From Halarcobacter sp. (GTDB lineage: Bacteria; Campylobacterota; Campylobacteria; Campylobacterales; Arcobacteraceae), in contig OY781089.1 in assembly GCA_963676565.1 (NCBI GenBank), forward strand, positions 1,024,001-1,088,000: a stretch of DNA of 64,000 nt. Direction: 5' to 3'. Each line of letters begins with the position of its first letter. Within the stretch, counting starts at the first letter, position 1. Shown piece after piece: positions 40,172-50,904 of the stretch. Both the position numbers and the translations under genes were made by a program. The notes beneath the pieces were generated by a model. That model was not told where the DNA came from and did no database searches. It worked only from the letters and a program-made list of their open reading frames with translations.

Positions 40172-41531
40172 TAGTTTTAAAAATATTTTAACATTAATGA
40201 TATTATCAATTATAGTTGCTATTGGAGCATTTATTTATTTTTCTCCTATATTTGAGAAAAAAAAGCCCATTATAACATTTATAAATAATGGATATTGGAA
40301 TGCAAAAGATAAGTTAAATATTAAACTTGAAGATGAAAGTGGAATAAAGTCTTATAAAATCTCTTTTAAAATAAATGATGCAAGTGTAGAAGTTCAAAAT
40401 AAAGTATTAGAATCAAAACAAGATAAACTATCTATTGATATAAGTCCAGTTAAAATTGACCAAAATGTAAAAACAATAAAACTTGCAGTTGAAGCTTATG
40501 ATAATAGTATGTGGAATCTATTTAGAGGAAATACTGTTTATAAAGAGTTTACTTTAAATATAGATAGAAAAAGACCACTTGCAAGAGTTATAACAAATTC
40601 ATACAATATTAAAAGAGGTGGAAGTGCAGCAGTTGTAGTTGAAGTAAAAGATGAAAACTTAAGAGAAAAATACATCACTTTTAATGATAAATATAAATTT
40701 GAATTAATCCCATATTTAAAAGAGGGATTTTATGCTGCAATTATTGCTTGGCCTGTTGAAGTAGAGTTTGAACAATTTGATATTGTAAATTTAGTTGCCA
40801 TTGATGAAGCTAATAATGTAACTGTTAGAAAAGTTCCTTTATATATTAAAGATTTAAAAATAAAAAATGACAAACTAAAAATTTCAGATAACTTTATAAA
40901 CAAAGTTTCAATTCCAGTATTACAAAAAAGTGATATGGAAATACCATCTACAAATGATGAAATTTTTATAAAACAAAATAGATTTTTAAGAGCAAAAAAT
41001 GTTTCTACAATAAGAGATGAATCTATTAAAAATATGTCAAAAGAGATGATTAACAATTTCTCAATAAATCCATTTAAAAGATTAAGTGGTTCAAAAACTT
41101 TTGCAGGGTTTGCAGAAAAAAGAGAATATTTTTATGATGGTCAAAAAATAGATGAAGCATGGCACTTAGGAATGGATTGGGCAAGTATAAAAAGAGCTCC
41201 TGTAAAAGTTTCAAATGGTGGAACAGTTATATTTAATAGTTATCTTGGAATTTATGGAAATACTGCAATTATTGACCATAAACTAGGACTTCAAACTTTA
41301 TATGCGCATACTAGTAAATTAAATGTTCAAAAAGGTGATTTAGTAAGAACAAATGACAATATTGCAAATACTGGAAGTACTGGTGCAGTATTTGGAGACC
41401 ATTTACACTTTGGAGTTTTAGTTCAAGGTATTGAAGTAAATCCAATTGAATGGATGGATAAAAACTGGATAAAAACAAGAGTATTAGATATTTTATCTGA
41501 AGCAAAAAAAGAGATAAGAAGTAGTAAATGA
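40155..41531 (+). CDS. M23-family peptidoglycan metallopeptidase
   Basis: N-terminal TM; HLGMD, YAH and HLHF zinc motifs. Confidence 0.9.
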   Translation: MRRRNSSFKNILTLMILSIIVAIGAFIYFSPIFEKKKPIITFINNGYWNAKDKLNIKLEDESGIKSYKISFKINDASVEVQNKVLESKQDKLSIDISPVKIDQNVKTIKLAVEAYDNSMWNLFRGNTVYKEFTLNIDRKRPLARVITNSYNIKRGGSAAVVVEVKDENLREKYITFNDKYKFELIPYLKEGFYAAIIAWPVEVEFEQFDIVNLVAIDEANNVTVRKVPLYIKDLKIKNDKLKISDNFINKVSIPVLQKSDMEIPSTNDEIFIKQNRFLRAKNVSTIRDESIKNMSKEMINNFSINPFKRLSGSKTFAGFAEKREYFYDGQKIDEAWHLGMDWASIKRAPVKVSNGGTVIFNSYLGIYGNTAIIDHKLGLQTLYAHTSKLNVQKGDLVRTNDNIANTGSTGAVFGDHLHFGVLVQGIEVNPIEWMDKNWIKTRVLDILSEAKKEIRSSK

Positions 41532-42433
41532 GACAAAGAACAATAGCAAAAAGTGTAGAGATTGTTGGAATAGGGCTTCATAAAGGAGTTCCTGTTAAAA
41601 TGAAGCTTGAACCTTTAGACTCTGATATGGGAATTATTTTTTATAGAGTTGATAAAGGGATTACAATACCTCTTAAAATTGAAAATGTTGTTGATACAAA
41701 AATGGCAACAGTAATTGGAAAAGATGATGTTGTTGTTTCTACTATTGAACATCTATTATCTGCAGTTTATGCCTATGGAATTGATAACTTAAGAGTTGTA
41801 ATAGATAATGATGAGGTTCCTGTGCTTGATGGAAGTTCATCTGGTTATTGTATGTTGATTGAAGAAGCAGGTATTAAAGAGCTTGACAAAAGTAAAAAAG
41901 CTATAAAAATCAAAAAAGATGTTGAGATTGTAACTGAAGATGGTAAGAAAGTTGCCCTAAAACCCTCAAAACATATTATTTATGATTTTTCAATAGATTT
42001 TGAACATCCATCTATTGGGAAACAAAATTTTCATTTTGATTATTCAATTAGCGAATATAAAGAAAATATTTCTAGAGCTAGAACATTTGGTTTTTTACAT
42101 GAGGTTCAATATTTAAGAAGTATTGGACTTGCACAAGGTGGTAGTATGGAAAATGCTATTGTTCTTGACCAAACAAAAATCTTAAATCCTGAAGGTTTAA
42201 GATATGATGATGAGTTTGTTAGACATAAAATTCTTGATGCAATTGGTGATATGGCTTTATTAGGATATACCCTTGTTGGAGAGTATGATGCCCATGCAGG
42301 AAGTCATCATCTAAACCATTTACTTACAAAAAAACTTTATGAAGATAAAGATAATTATGAAATTATAGATTTAGAAGAAGCTGAAGCAGAAGCCCATGTA
42401 TTTGAGATGGCTTACGCAAAAGTTCAATCTTAG
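41528..42433 (+). CDS. lpxC: UDP-3-O-acyl-GlcNAc deacetylase
   Basis: QRT, TIEHL, ARTFGF, HKILDAIGD. Confidence 0.97.
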   Translation: MRQRTIAKSVEIVGIGLHKGVPVKMKLEPLDSDMGIIFYRVDKGITIPLKIENVVDTKMATVIGKDDVVVSTIEHLLSAVYAYGIDNLRVVIDNDEVPVLDGSSSGYCMLIEEAGIKELDKSKKAIKIKKDVEIVTEDGKKVALKPSKHIIYDFSIDFEHPSIGKQNFHFDYSISEYKENISRARTFGFLHEVQYLRSIGLAQGGSMENAIVLDQTKILNPEGLRYDDEFVRHKILDAIGDMALLGYTLVGEYDAHAGSHHLNHLLTKKLYEDKDNYEIIDLEEAEAEAHVFEMAYAKVQS

Positions 42434-42442
42434 GAGAAAAGA

Positions 42443-42892
42443 ATAGAAGTTTTAGTTATAAGTATATCTAAACCACTTTTGGTTGGAATCTATGAGAATA
42501 AAAAACTGATTAAAAGTTATGAAAACGATGGAGTTACCTCAGATGTTTTACCTTTAATATTTGAGAATATTTTAAATGAATATAAAATAAATAGAATATA
42601 TTATGTAAATACACCAGGCTCTTACATGGCAATAAAAGTTGCTTATGTATTTTTGAAAACTCTATCAATAACAAAAAATATTGAATTAAAATCGTGTAGT
42701 GGTTTTGAATTTAATGGGAATTCTCCTATTAAAGCTTTGGGAAAAAAATATTTTATAAATGATGAAAATGGTATTAAAGTTGACTTTTTAGATAATAAGA
42801 GTACAATGTCAGACTTTAAATTACCAGATCTTTTAGAAAATATAAATTTTTCAGATGAGACTCTGCCAATATATAATTTACCTGCTGTATAA
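42443..42892 (+). CDS. tsaB: Short TsaB/YeaZ-like glycoprotease-family protein; probable ATA start (ORF track start is TTG 42479)
   Basis: [31 protein letters not shown] 6 nt before in-frame ATA at 42443. Confidence 0.7.
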   Translation: MEVLVISISKPLLVGIYENKKLIKSYENDGVTSDVLPLIFENILNEYKINRIYYVNTPGSYMAIKVAYVFLKTLSITKNIELKSCSGFEFNGNSPIKALGKKYFINDENGIKVDFLDNKSTMSDFKLPDLLENINFSDETLPIYNLPAV

Positions 42893-42903
42893 AAGGAAAG
42901 CGT

Positions 42904-43785
42904 TTGAGAATTAGTGTTCCAGCAACAAGTGCCAATTTAGGTCCAGGATTTGATACTCTAGGATTGGCAATTTCACTTCATAATCAAGTGAGTATAAAAC
43001 CTTCAAAATTTCATAGTGTTAGTTTAAAAGGTGAGGGTTCTAATAATCCTGTTTTAAAAGACAATAATATGTTTATTGCAATTTTTAACGATTTTTATCA
43101 TAATCTTTCACATAAAAAAAGACACTTTAGATTTGAATTCTCAAATGAGATTCCACTTTCAAGGGGATTAGGTAGTTCATCCGCTGTTATTGTTTCTGCA
43201 ATTGCAAGCGCATATGCAATAGAGGGAATACAAATTGAAAAAGAGAAATTGTTAAATTTAGCCTTAGCTTATGAATCGCATCCTGATAATATTACACCTG
43301 CAGTTATGGGTGGATTTAATGTTGCAACAGTGCATGAAAATGAGGTTAATTTTATAAAAAAAGATATGCCAAGGTCTTTAAAAGCAATTGTTGTTATCCC
43401 AAATAGACCTATGTCTACACAATTATCAAGAAAGGCATTACCTTTTAAGTATTCTAAAGAAGATGCAGTATTTAATATATCTCACTCCTCTTTACTAACA
43501 GCAGCATTTATAAATGAAGATTGGCAAATGTTAAGAGCTGCATCTTTGGATAAAATTCATCAAAAATATAGAATGAAACAGATGCCAGAATTATTTGATG
43601 TTCAAAAAACTGCATTAAAACATGGATCTTTAATGAGTACTTTATCAGGCTCTGGCTCAACTTTATTTTCTATTGCATTTAATGAAGATGCAAAAAGAAT
43701 TGAGAATGAATTAAATAAAAGGTTTCCTCATTTTAGAGTACTAACTAGAGGATTTGACAACGATGGCGTTGTTGTTAAAGATTAA
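42904..43785 (+). CDS. thrB: Homoserine kinase
   Basis: [28 protein letters not shown]. Confidence 0.97.
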   Translation: MRISVPATSANLGPGFDTLGLAISLHNQVSIKPSKFHSVSLKGEGSNNPVLKDNNMFIAIFNDFYHNLSHKKRHFRFEFSNEIPLSRGLGSSSAVIVSAIASAYAIEGIQIEKEKLLNLALAYESHPDNITPAVMGGFNVATVHENEVNFIKKDMPRSLKAIVVIPNRPMSTQLSRKALPFKYSKEDAVFNISHSSLLTAAFINEDWQMLRAASLDKIHQKYRMKQMPELFDVQKTALKHGSLMSTLSGSGSTLFSIAFNEDAKRIENELNKRFPHFRVLTRGFDNDGVVVKD

Positions 43786-43820
43786 AAAATATTTAAATTA
43801 AGCAAGATTTAGGTATAATA

Positions 43821-44099
43821 TTGACTATTTTGAAAGAACCAATACGAACTTGTGTCATTTGTAGAGGAAAATATCCTCAAAATGATCTACTTCGTTTAAA
43901 GTGTGAGGATAAAAAACTTGTACCATATGATAATTATGGTAGAAGTTTTTATATCTGTAATGATTGTATTTCAATGCTAAATGATTCACAAATCAATCAA
44001 AAAGATTTCAAAAAGATAGAAAAAGCACTTTTTAGGGAGTGTAAAAATAAAGATGACTATATAGGACAACTTAAGGAGATATTAACGCATGTCAGATAA
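43821..44099 (+). CDS. YlxR/DUF448 family protein
   Basis: PIRTCVIC...GRSFYIC; immediately upstream of infB. Confidence 0.85.
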   Translation: MTILKEPIRTCVICRGKYPQNDLLRLKCEDKKLVPYDNYGRSFYICNDCISMLNDSQINQKDFKKIEKALFRECKNKDDYIGQLKEILTHVR

Positions 44100-46755
44100 T
44101 GTAAGAGTTTATGAAATAGCAGAAGAAGCTGGGGCTAGTAGCAATGAGGTTATTGCCAAAGCAAAAGATTTAGGAATAGAGCTTAAATCACCACAAACTG
44201 CAGTTTCATTTGAAGATGCTGAAGAGATTGCGAACTACATAATGACTGGTAAAAGTAGTAAGCTAAAGAAACCTGCAGCAAAAATCAAAAAAGCAACACC
44301 AAAAACAGAAGAAAAACCTGAAGTAAAAACAGAAGAAAAACCTGAAGAAAAGAAAACTATTGAAGAAACGCCTAAGCAAGAGGATGTTGAAGTAGAAGAG
44401 AAAAAAGAGGAAGAGAAAACAGAAGAAACTGTTGAGAAAACAGAAGATAAGCCTCTAAAAAGTGTATCTCCTAAGAAAATCATTCCTAAAAGAAGAGGTT
44501 TGAAAATCATTAAAAAGAAAAAACCTCAAGAAATTATTGAGACTAAAAAAGATGAGATAGCAACACCTAGTGCAACTCTTAAAAAACCTATGAAATCTCT
44601 TAGTGAGATTTTAGGTGGAAATGATTTAAATGATAAGTCAAATGAAAAATCAGCTCCAGGGTCTCAGTCAAAAGTACCAGTTAAGAAAAAAGAGAAGAAA
44701 AAACAACCAGCAAGATCTCATGATCATGGTAAAGTAATTGAGTTTGAAGCTAAATCTACACAAGATTTCAATGATAATAGTGATGAGTCATTATTAGGTG
44801 AAGAGGTTGTTTTACTTGATATGGATTTAGCAGATACATCAAAGTTATTTGATGAGCCAAAACAAAATCAAGATAATAAAAGACAAACTAGATCTTCTAG
44901 ACCTGCTGCCTTTGGTAATAGACCACAAGGATTAAAAAGAGGTAAGAGAAAGAAAAGAATTAAAAAAGAAGTTGAAGAGGTAGAAATCTCTGAAATAACT
45001 ATTCCTGAAGATGTTAGGGTATATGAGTTTGCAGAAGCTTGTGGAAAATCTCCAGCTGAAGTTATTACTGTATTATTTGGTCTTGGGATGATGGTTACTA
45101 AAAATGACTTCTTAAAACAAGATGAATTAGAAATTTTAGGGGAAGAATTTGGTATCGAAGTTACCGTAAAAGATGCCCTAGAAGATGCAAATTATGTTGA
45201 TGATTATTTAGATGAAGAGATTGATGATTCTAACTTTGTAACAAGACCTCCAGTGGTTACAATCATGGGACATGTTGACCATGGTAAAACTTCACTTTTA
45301 GATAAGATTAGAAGTTCTAAAGTTGCTAAAGGTGAAGCAGGTGGAATTACTCAACATATCTCTGCCTATACAATTGAACAAAACAACCAAAAAATTACTT
45401 TTGTAGATACTCCAGGACACGCAGCTTTCTCAGCTATGAGAGCTAGAGGTGCAGATGTAACTGATATTGTAATTATTGTTGTTGCAGCAGATGATGGTGT
45501 TATGCCTCAAACAGAAGAAGTTATTTCTCATGCAAAAGCATCTGGATGTCCAATTATTGTTGCAGTTAACAAAATGGATAAAGAAACTGCAAACATGGAT
45601 ATGGTTAAAGCTCAAATGGCAGAAAGAGAAATGACACCAGTTGATTGGGGTGGAGATATTGAGTTTATTGGAGTTTCTGCTCATACAGGTCAAGGTATTG
45701 ATGATTTATTAGAAAACATTCTTTTACAAGCTGAAATTTTAGAACTTCAAGCTGATCCAGAAGCAAAAGCTAAAGCAACTGTTGTTGAATCATTACTTGA
45801 AAAAGGTAGAGGTCCAGTTGCTACAATTATTGTTCAAAATGGTACTTTAAGAGTAGGTGATAATATTGTTTGTGATACTACATATGGTAGAGTAAAAGCA
45901 ATTACTAACGATATGGGGAAACCAGTAAAAGAGCTTGGACTTTCAGAAACAGGAAATGTTTTAGGATTAAATGATGTTCCAGATGCAGGTTCTTTTATGG
46001 TTGCACAAAATTCAGATAAAGAAGCAAGAGAAATTGCTACAACTAGAGCTGAACATGCAAGAGCAAAAGAACTTTCTAAATCTACAAAAGTTTCATTAGA
46101 AGAGATGAGTGGATTAATTGCAGAAGGGAAAATCAAACAATTACCAGTTATTATTAAAACTGATGTTGGTGGTTCATTAGAAGCAATTAAAGGTTCATTA
46201 GAAAAAATTCAAAATGAAGAAGTAAAAGTAAAAGTAATCCATGCAGGTGTTGGTGGGATTACTGAATCAGACTTAATTTTAGCAAGTGCATCTGAAGGGT
46301 GTATTATCTTAGGATTTAACGTAAGACCAACTGGTTCTGTTAAACAAAAAGCTAAAGCTGATGGAATCCAAATCAACACTTATTCAATTATTTATGACTT
46401 AATTGACGATATCAAAGATGCATTATCAGGTATGATGACAGCAGTAATTAGAGAAGAAAATACTGGTCAAGCTGAAGTTAGAGATACATTCGTTGTTCCA
46501 AAAGTAGGAACAGTTGCAGGATGTTTTGTAACTGACGGTAAAGTTATTAGAGGTGGTCACGCAAGAATTATTAGAGATGGTGTTGTTACTTATACTGGTA
46601 AAATTTCATCACTAAAAAGATTTAAAGATGATGTTAAAGAAGTATCAAATGGTTATGAGTGTGGTATTATGTTCGATAAATTTAATGATATAAAAGTTGG
46701 TGATTTTATTGAAACATTTATACAAATTGAAGAGAAGAGAGAAATTGATTTATAA
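44089..46755 (+). CDS. infB: Translation initiation factor IF-2
   Basis: [17 protein letters not shown]; charged N-terminal domain. Confidence 0.98.
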   Translation: MSDNVRVYEIAEEAGASSNEVIAKAKDLGIELKSPQTAVSFEDAEEIANYIMTGKSSKLKKPAAKIKKATPKTEEKPEVKTEEKPEEKKTIEETPKQEDVEVEEKKEEEKTEETVEKTEDKPLKSVSPKKIIPKRRGLKIIKKKKPQEIIETKKDEIATPSATLKKPMKSLSEILGGNDLNDKSNEKSAPGSQSKVPVKKKEKKKQPARSHDHGKVIEFEAKSTQDFNDNSDESLLGEEVVLLDMDLADTSKLFDEPKQNQDNKRQTRSSRPAAFGNRPQGLKRGKRKKRIKKEVEEVEISEITIPEDVRVYEFAEACGKSPAEVITVLFGLGMMVTKNDFLKQDELEILGEEFGIEVTVKDALEDANYVDDYLDEEIDDSNFVTRPPVVTIMGHVDHGKTSLLDKIRSSKVAKGEAGGITQHISAYTIEQNNQKITFVDTPGHAAFSAMRARGADVTDIVIIVVAADDGVMPQTEEVISHAKASGCPIIVAVNKMDKETANMDMVKAQMAEREMTPVDWGGDIEFIGVSAHTGQGIDDLLENILLQAEILELQADPEAKAKATVVESLLEKGRGPVATIIVQNGTLRVGDNIVCDTTYGRVKAITNDMGKPVKELGLSETGNVLGLNDVPDAGSFMVAQNSDKEAREIATTRAEHARAKELSKSTKVSLEEMSGLIAEGKIKQLPVIIKTDVGGSLEAIKGSLEKIQNEEVKVKVIHAGVGGITESDLILASASEGCIILGFNVRPTGSVKQKAKADGIQINTYSIIYDLIDDIKDALSGMMTAVIREENTGQAEVRDTFVVPKVGTVAGCFVTDGKVIRGGHARIIRDGVVTYTGKISSLKRFKDDVKEVSNGYECGIMFDKFNDIKVGDFIETFIQIEEKREIDL
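44301..44347 (+). repeat. 24-bp tandem duplication in IF-2 linker ([16 protein letters not shown])
   Basis: aaaaacagaagaaaaacctgaag occurs at 44301 and 44325. Confidence 0.85.
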
Positions 46756-46764
46756 GGTTGATTT

Positions 46765-47124
46765 TTGAAAAGTATTAATCTTCAAAGAACTGAATCATTG
46801 TTGATGGAGCTTATTCCAGAAGCTTTATCAACACTAAATGATGTAAGAATATGCTCTTTACCTATTACAGGTGTAAATTGTAAAAATGGTAAATATGACG
46901 CTACTGTTTATTTTGATGGAAGCGATTTTGAAAAAAACGAAATAGCAGGTGTTATTTCAGCTTTGACAAAAGCAAATGGAAGAATCAAAGAGTATATACT
47001 TAGTGCTACTGGTTGGTATAAATGCCCAACTTTCAAATTTGTTAATGATACATCATTTGAATCTTCAAAAAACATTGAAGATTTATTTAGGCAAATTGAG
47101 AAAAAGAAAAAGGATCAATCATGA
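46765..47124 (+). CDS. rbfA: Ribosome-binding factor A
   Basis: Follows infB; DATVYF and [12 protein letters not shown] pattern. Confidence 0.9.
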   Translation: MKSINLQRTESLLMELIPEALSTLNDVRICSLPITGVNCKNGKYDATVYFDGSDFEKNEIAGVISALTKANGRIKEYILSATGWYKCPTFKFVNDTSFESSKNIEDLFRQIEKKKKDQS

Positions 47125-47549
47125 ATCTTGAAGAATCTATTGAAATAGCTGTTCAAGGTTGTGGTGCAGAGGTCTATGATATTGTAACTTTAAAAGAAAA
47201 TGATAAAAATGTTTTCAGAATCTATGTTACAGCTAAAGGTGGTATATCTTTAGATAAATGTGCAGAAATTTCAAGAATGGTTTCACCTATTTTAGATATT
47301 GAAGAACCTATGCAAGGTAATTATAACTTAGAAGTTAGTTCACCTGGTATAGAAAGAAAACTAAAAAAACCACAACACTATAAAGCTTCAATTGGTGAAA
47401 AGGTAAAATTAAAAGATTTTAATAAAGATACTATTAAAGGTGAACTTATTTTTGCCGATTATAATGAAATTAAAATCAAAACTGAACATGGTGAAGAGAT
47501 TGTTGCTTATGATGAAATCTCTACTGCATCAACTTATTTTGAATGGTAG
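47121..47549 (+). CDS. rimP: Ribosome maturation factor
   Basis: [22 protein letters not shown]. Confidence 0.95.
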   Translation: MNLEESIEIAVQGCGAEVYDIVTLKENDKNVFRIYVTAKGGISLDKCAEISRMVSPILDIEEPMQGNYNLEVSSPGIERKLKKPQHYKASIGEKVKLKDFNKDTIKGELIFADYNEIKIKTEHGEEIVAYDEISTASTYFEW

Positions 47550-47558
47550 ATTAACAAA

Positions 47559-48566
47559 ATGATTATTAATGATAATTTCTTTATGAAGTTAGCCATTGAT
47601 GAAGCTTGGAAATATCAACTTTTAACTTACCCAAATCCAGCTGTTGGATGTGTTGTTGTAAAAAATGGTGAAATACTATCTATTGAAGCACATAAAGAAG
47701 CTGGAATGCCCCATGCTGAAGTTAATGCGTTAAAAGCAGCATACTTAAAAAAATACCCAAATGATGTTATCAAAACAAAAAGAAAATCTGAGGATATACA
47801 TGAGTATCTAATTAAAAATCATAATGGTTTTTTTAATGATTGTGAGATCTTTGTTACATTAGAACCATGTAATCATATTGGGAAAACTCCTGCTTGTGCA
47901 AATCTTTTAAAAGAATTAAATCCTAAAAGAGTAATAATAGCCCATGAAGATATTAATAAGATAGCTTCAGGAGGTTGTGAGACTCTAAAAGAAGCAAATA
48001 TAGAAGTCAATCTAGGTTGTATGAAAAAAGAAGCCTATGAGCTTTTATACCCATTTATTAAATGGACTGAAAATACTTTTGTATTTTATAAAATGGCACA
48101 AACCTTAAATGGTAGTATTGATGGAAAAATATCTTCTAATCAAGCCTTAGCTTATGTACATACTTTAAGGGATAAAATTGATTTAATGCTCATTGGTGGA
48201 AATACAGTTAGAACTGATAAACCAACTCTTGATGCTAGATATATAGCTGGACGTGCTCCTAATGTAATGATTTATTCAAAAAATAAAATCTTTGATACAA
48301 ATATTCCTTTGTTTAAAATACCAAATAGAGAAGTTACTATTAGTGATGATTTATTTAAATTACTTGATTATAAATTTATTATGGTTGAGGGAACTTATAA
48401 TTTACTAGATAGTATAAAAGAAAGAATCGATTATTTGGTTTTACTTGTAAGTCCTAAGATTAGAAAAGGACTTAATGCTTTAAATGATATTGATATGGAT
48501 TTTGAGATTGTTCATGAGAACTTCATTGGACAAGAGAAAATCATTTACCTAAAAAGAAAAAGTTAG
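47559..48566 (+). CDS. ribD: Riboflavin biosynthesis deaminase/reductase
   Basis: PNPAVG, HAE, TLEPCNH..TPAC, TVRTDKP. Confidence 0.95.
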   Translation: MIINDNFFMKLAIDEAWKYQLLTYPNPAVGCVVVKNGEILSIEAHKEAGMPHAEVNALKAAYLKKYPNDVIKTKRKSEDIHEYLIKNHNGFFNDCEIFVTLEPCNHIGKTPACANLLKELNPKRVIIAHEDINKIASGGCETLKEANIEVNLGCMKKEAYELLYPFIKWTENTFVFYKMAQTLNGSIDGKISSNQALAYVHTLRDKIDLMLIGGNTVRTDKPTLDARYIAGRAPNVMIYSKNKIFDTNIPLFKIPNREVTISDDLFKLLDYKFIMVEGTYNLLDSIKERIDYLVLLVSPKIRKGLNALNDIDMDFEIVHENFIGQEKIIYLKRKS

Positions 48567-48584
48567 ATTTGAATTTAATAATTT

Positions 48585-48707
48585 AAACTATAAATATTTA
48601 TTGTTAGAAACAAGAGAGAGGTTTTTTTGAGGAAGGAGCTTACAAATGTAAGTGACTGAAGAGAAAAAATCTCTATCGCCTTTTATAGCGATAAAGATTT
48701 ATAGTTT
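48585..48707. mobile_element. 123-bp MITE/REP-like palindromic element
   Basis: Imperfect ~27-bp terminal inverted repeats (outer 11 bp AAACTATAAAT perfect), nested stem, central GGAG-CTTAC-aaat-GTAAG-TGACTGA hairpin; no ORF. Confidence 0.6.
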
Positions 48708-49270
48708 TATTTTACTTTTTCTAAGTATTCACCAGTTCTAGTATCACATTTAATAACGTCACCTTCTACTAAGTGAAAAGGAATCTGTACAACAGCTCCA
48801 CTTTCTAAAGTAGCAGGTTTTTTACCACCTTGCGAGTCACCTTTAAAGTTAGGTGGTGTTTCTACAATTTTAAGCTCAACAACCATTGGCGGTTCAACCG
48901 TAATAGCACTACCATTGAAGAACATCATATCAACTGACATTCCATCAATAATCCATTTTTCTGCATCACCAACTTGGTCATAAGTTAAACCAATTTGCTC
49001 ATATGAATCTGTATCCATAAATTGAAGCATTTCACCATCATCATATAAGTATTGCATAGTTCTTTGTTGTAAGTCTGGAGTAGTACATTTATCACCAGCA
49101 TGGAAAGTTTTTTCAATAACTTTTCCATTTAAAAATGATTTTATTTTACATCTAACAAATGCCGCACCTTTTCCAGGTTTTACGTGTTGATATTCAGTGA
49201 TTTTATATGGAACTCCATCAATCTCAATCTTAAGACCTTTTTTTAGTTCACTCATAGAAATATTTGCCAT
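48707..49270 (-). CDS. efp: Elongation factor P
   Basis: [25 protein letters not shown]. Confidence 0.97.
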   Translation of the reverse strand: MANISMSELKKGLKIEIDGVPYKITEYQHVKPGKGAAFVRCKIKSFLNGKVIEKTFHAGDKCTTPDLQQRTMQYLYDDGEMLQFMDTDSYEQIGLTYDQVGDAEKWIIDGMSVDMMFFNGSAITVEPPMVVELKIVETPPNFKGDSQGGKKPATLESGAVVQIPFHLVEGDVIKCDTRTGEYLEKVK

Positions 49271-49300
49271 TTTTTACCTTAATAATTATCTTTTATGTTT

Positions 49301-50887
49301 TTAAATTTCTGCATAAGATACTGCAATAGCATCTTGAATACTACCAATCTCTTCTAGTACTTTACTATTTATAGTATCATCAACTAAAATGATTGCTAAG
49401 GCATCTTTATTTTTGCCACGCGCAAGTCTAAAGTCAGAGATATTAATGCCTCTATCTCCAAGTAATTTACCAACATTTCCAATTACACCAGGAACATCAT
49501 TATTTCTCATCATAATCATTTTACCCTTTGGTTCGATATCAAAATCAAATCCATCAAGTTCTACAATTCTTTGAACATCATCATCAAAAACTGTACCTGC
49601 AATAGAGTTAACTCTTTTTTCAGTTGTGATTTTAATCTCTACTTTATTACTATAACCACTACAATGTTCAACTTCAGAAGTTTCGAATTTAATACCTTTT
49701 TCTTCAGCTATAAACATTGCGTTTACATAGTTAACTTCATCTCCACCAACTACACTTAATGCTCCAACCGTAGCAAAAGTTAATAATGAATCAAGATACT
49801 CTTTAATCTCACCTTCTGCTTTAACACTAATAGATCTAATCGCTGATTTATCAAGTTGTGCAGATAAAAATGCAATTTTTTGAGTTAATTCAATATATGG
49901 TTTAACAAATGAAGGAATTTTGCTCTCATCAATTGGTAAGTTAAGTGCATGTGGATAAGAGATTCCTCTTGCAGATTCAATTGCATTTTCTGCAGCTTGA
50001 ACAGCAATTTTCTTTTGAGATTCTTTTGTATTTGCACCTAAATGTGCTGTAACAGTAACATTTGGTAAATCTAATAAAGGATGGTCAGTTGCAGGTTCTT
50101 TTTTGAATACATCAATACCAGCCATTTTAATTTTTCCAGATTTTAGATTGTTATAAAGTGCATCTTCATTATAAAGACCACCTCTAGCACAGTTAATTAA
50201 AACTACACCATCTTTCATTTTTGCAATCTCTTCTTCACCAATCATATCAATTGTTTCTTGATTTTTTGGTGTGTGGATTGTAATAATGTCACAATCTAAA
50301 ATGTCATCAAAATTTGTTGTATAAGTTACACCTAAATCAGTTGCTTTTGTTGAAGGAATATATGGGTCGTAAGTAATTACGTCCATTTCAAATGATTTAG
50401 CTCTTAGACCGACTCTATGACCGATGTTACCAAATCCAATAATTCCTAATTTTTTACCAAATAATTCGTTACCATACCAATCTTCTCTTTTCCAGATTCT
50501 ATCTTGTTTTAATTGGTTGTGGGCATACGGAAATTTTCTCATACAAGATAGCATGTGAGCCATAGTAAGTTCAACTGCTGCAATAGTGTTAGCAGTTGGC
50601 ACGTTCATAGCAATGATTCCTCTCTTACTACAACCTTCCATGTCAACATTATCATAACCTACACCAGCTCTGATAATTGCTTTTAAGTTTGTAGCTGCGG
50701 ATAAAAATTTCTCATCAACATCAGTTGAAGATCTTGTAATTGCTACATCTGCATCTTTAATTACGTCTAATAACGCAACTTTGTCAATATCTGCAGCATA
50801 TACATAGTTTACATCTTCTGTGTTTTTTAAGATATTTAATCCATCTTCATGGATATGGTCACAAACTACAATTGTATGTTTACTCAT
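49301..50887 (-). CDS. serA: D-3-phosphoglycerate dehydrogenase
   Basis: RAGVGYDN, GFGNIG, NCARG, HLGA; C-terminal ACT domain. Confidence 0.96.
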   Translation of the reverse strand: MSKHTIVVCDHIHEDGLNILKNTEDVNYVYAADIDKVALLDVIKDADVAITRSSTDVDEKFLSAATNLKAIIRAGVGYDNVDMEGCSKRGIIAMNVPTANTIAAVELTMAHMLSCMRKFPYAHNQLKQDRIWKREDWYGNELFGKKLGIIGFGNIGHRVGLRAKSFEMDVITYDPYIPSTKATDLGVTYTTNFDDILDCDIITIHTPKNQETIDMIGEEEIAKMKDGVVLINCARGGLYNEDALYNNLKSGKIKMAGIDVFKKEPATDHPLLDLPNVTVTAHLGANTKESQKKIAVQAAENAIESARGISYPHALNLPIDESKIPSFVKPYIELTQKIAFLSAQLDKSAIRSISVKAEGEIKEYLDSLLTFATVGALSVVGGDEVNYVNAMFIAEEKGIKFETSEVEHCSGYSNKVEIKITTEKRVNSIAGTVFDDDVQRIVELDGFDFDIEPKGKMIMMRNNDVPGVIGNVGKLLGDRGINISDFRLARGKNKDALAIILVDDTINSKVLEEIGSIQDAIAVSYAEI

Positions 50888-50904
50888 TTTTCTATGTCCC
50901 TCAA

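Noticed and set aside
44235..44520. Repetitive K/E-rich DNA in infB as a possible repeat array
   Set aside because: Ordinary low-complexity IF-2 linker; only one 24-bp duplication, no spacers, not CRISPR-like
48585..48707. tRNA or known riboswitch in the ribD-efp gap
   Set aside because: No T-loop or cloverleaf, and it lies at the 3' ends of two convergent genes, so it cannot be an FMN leader
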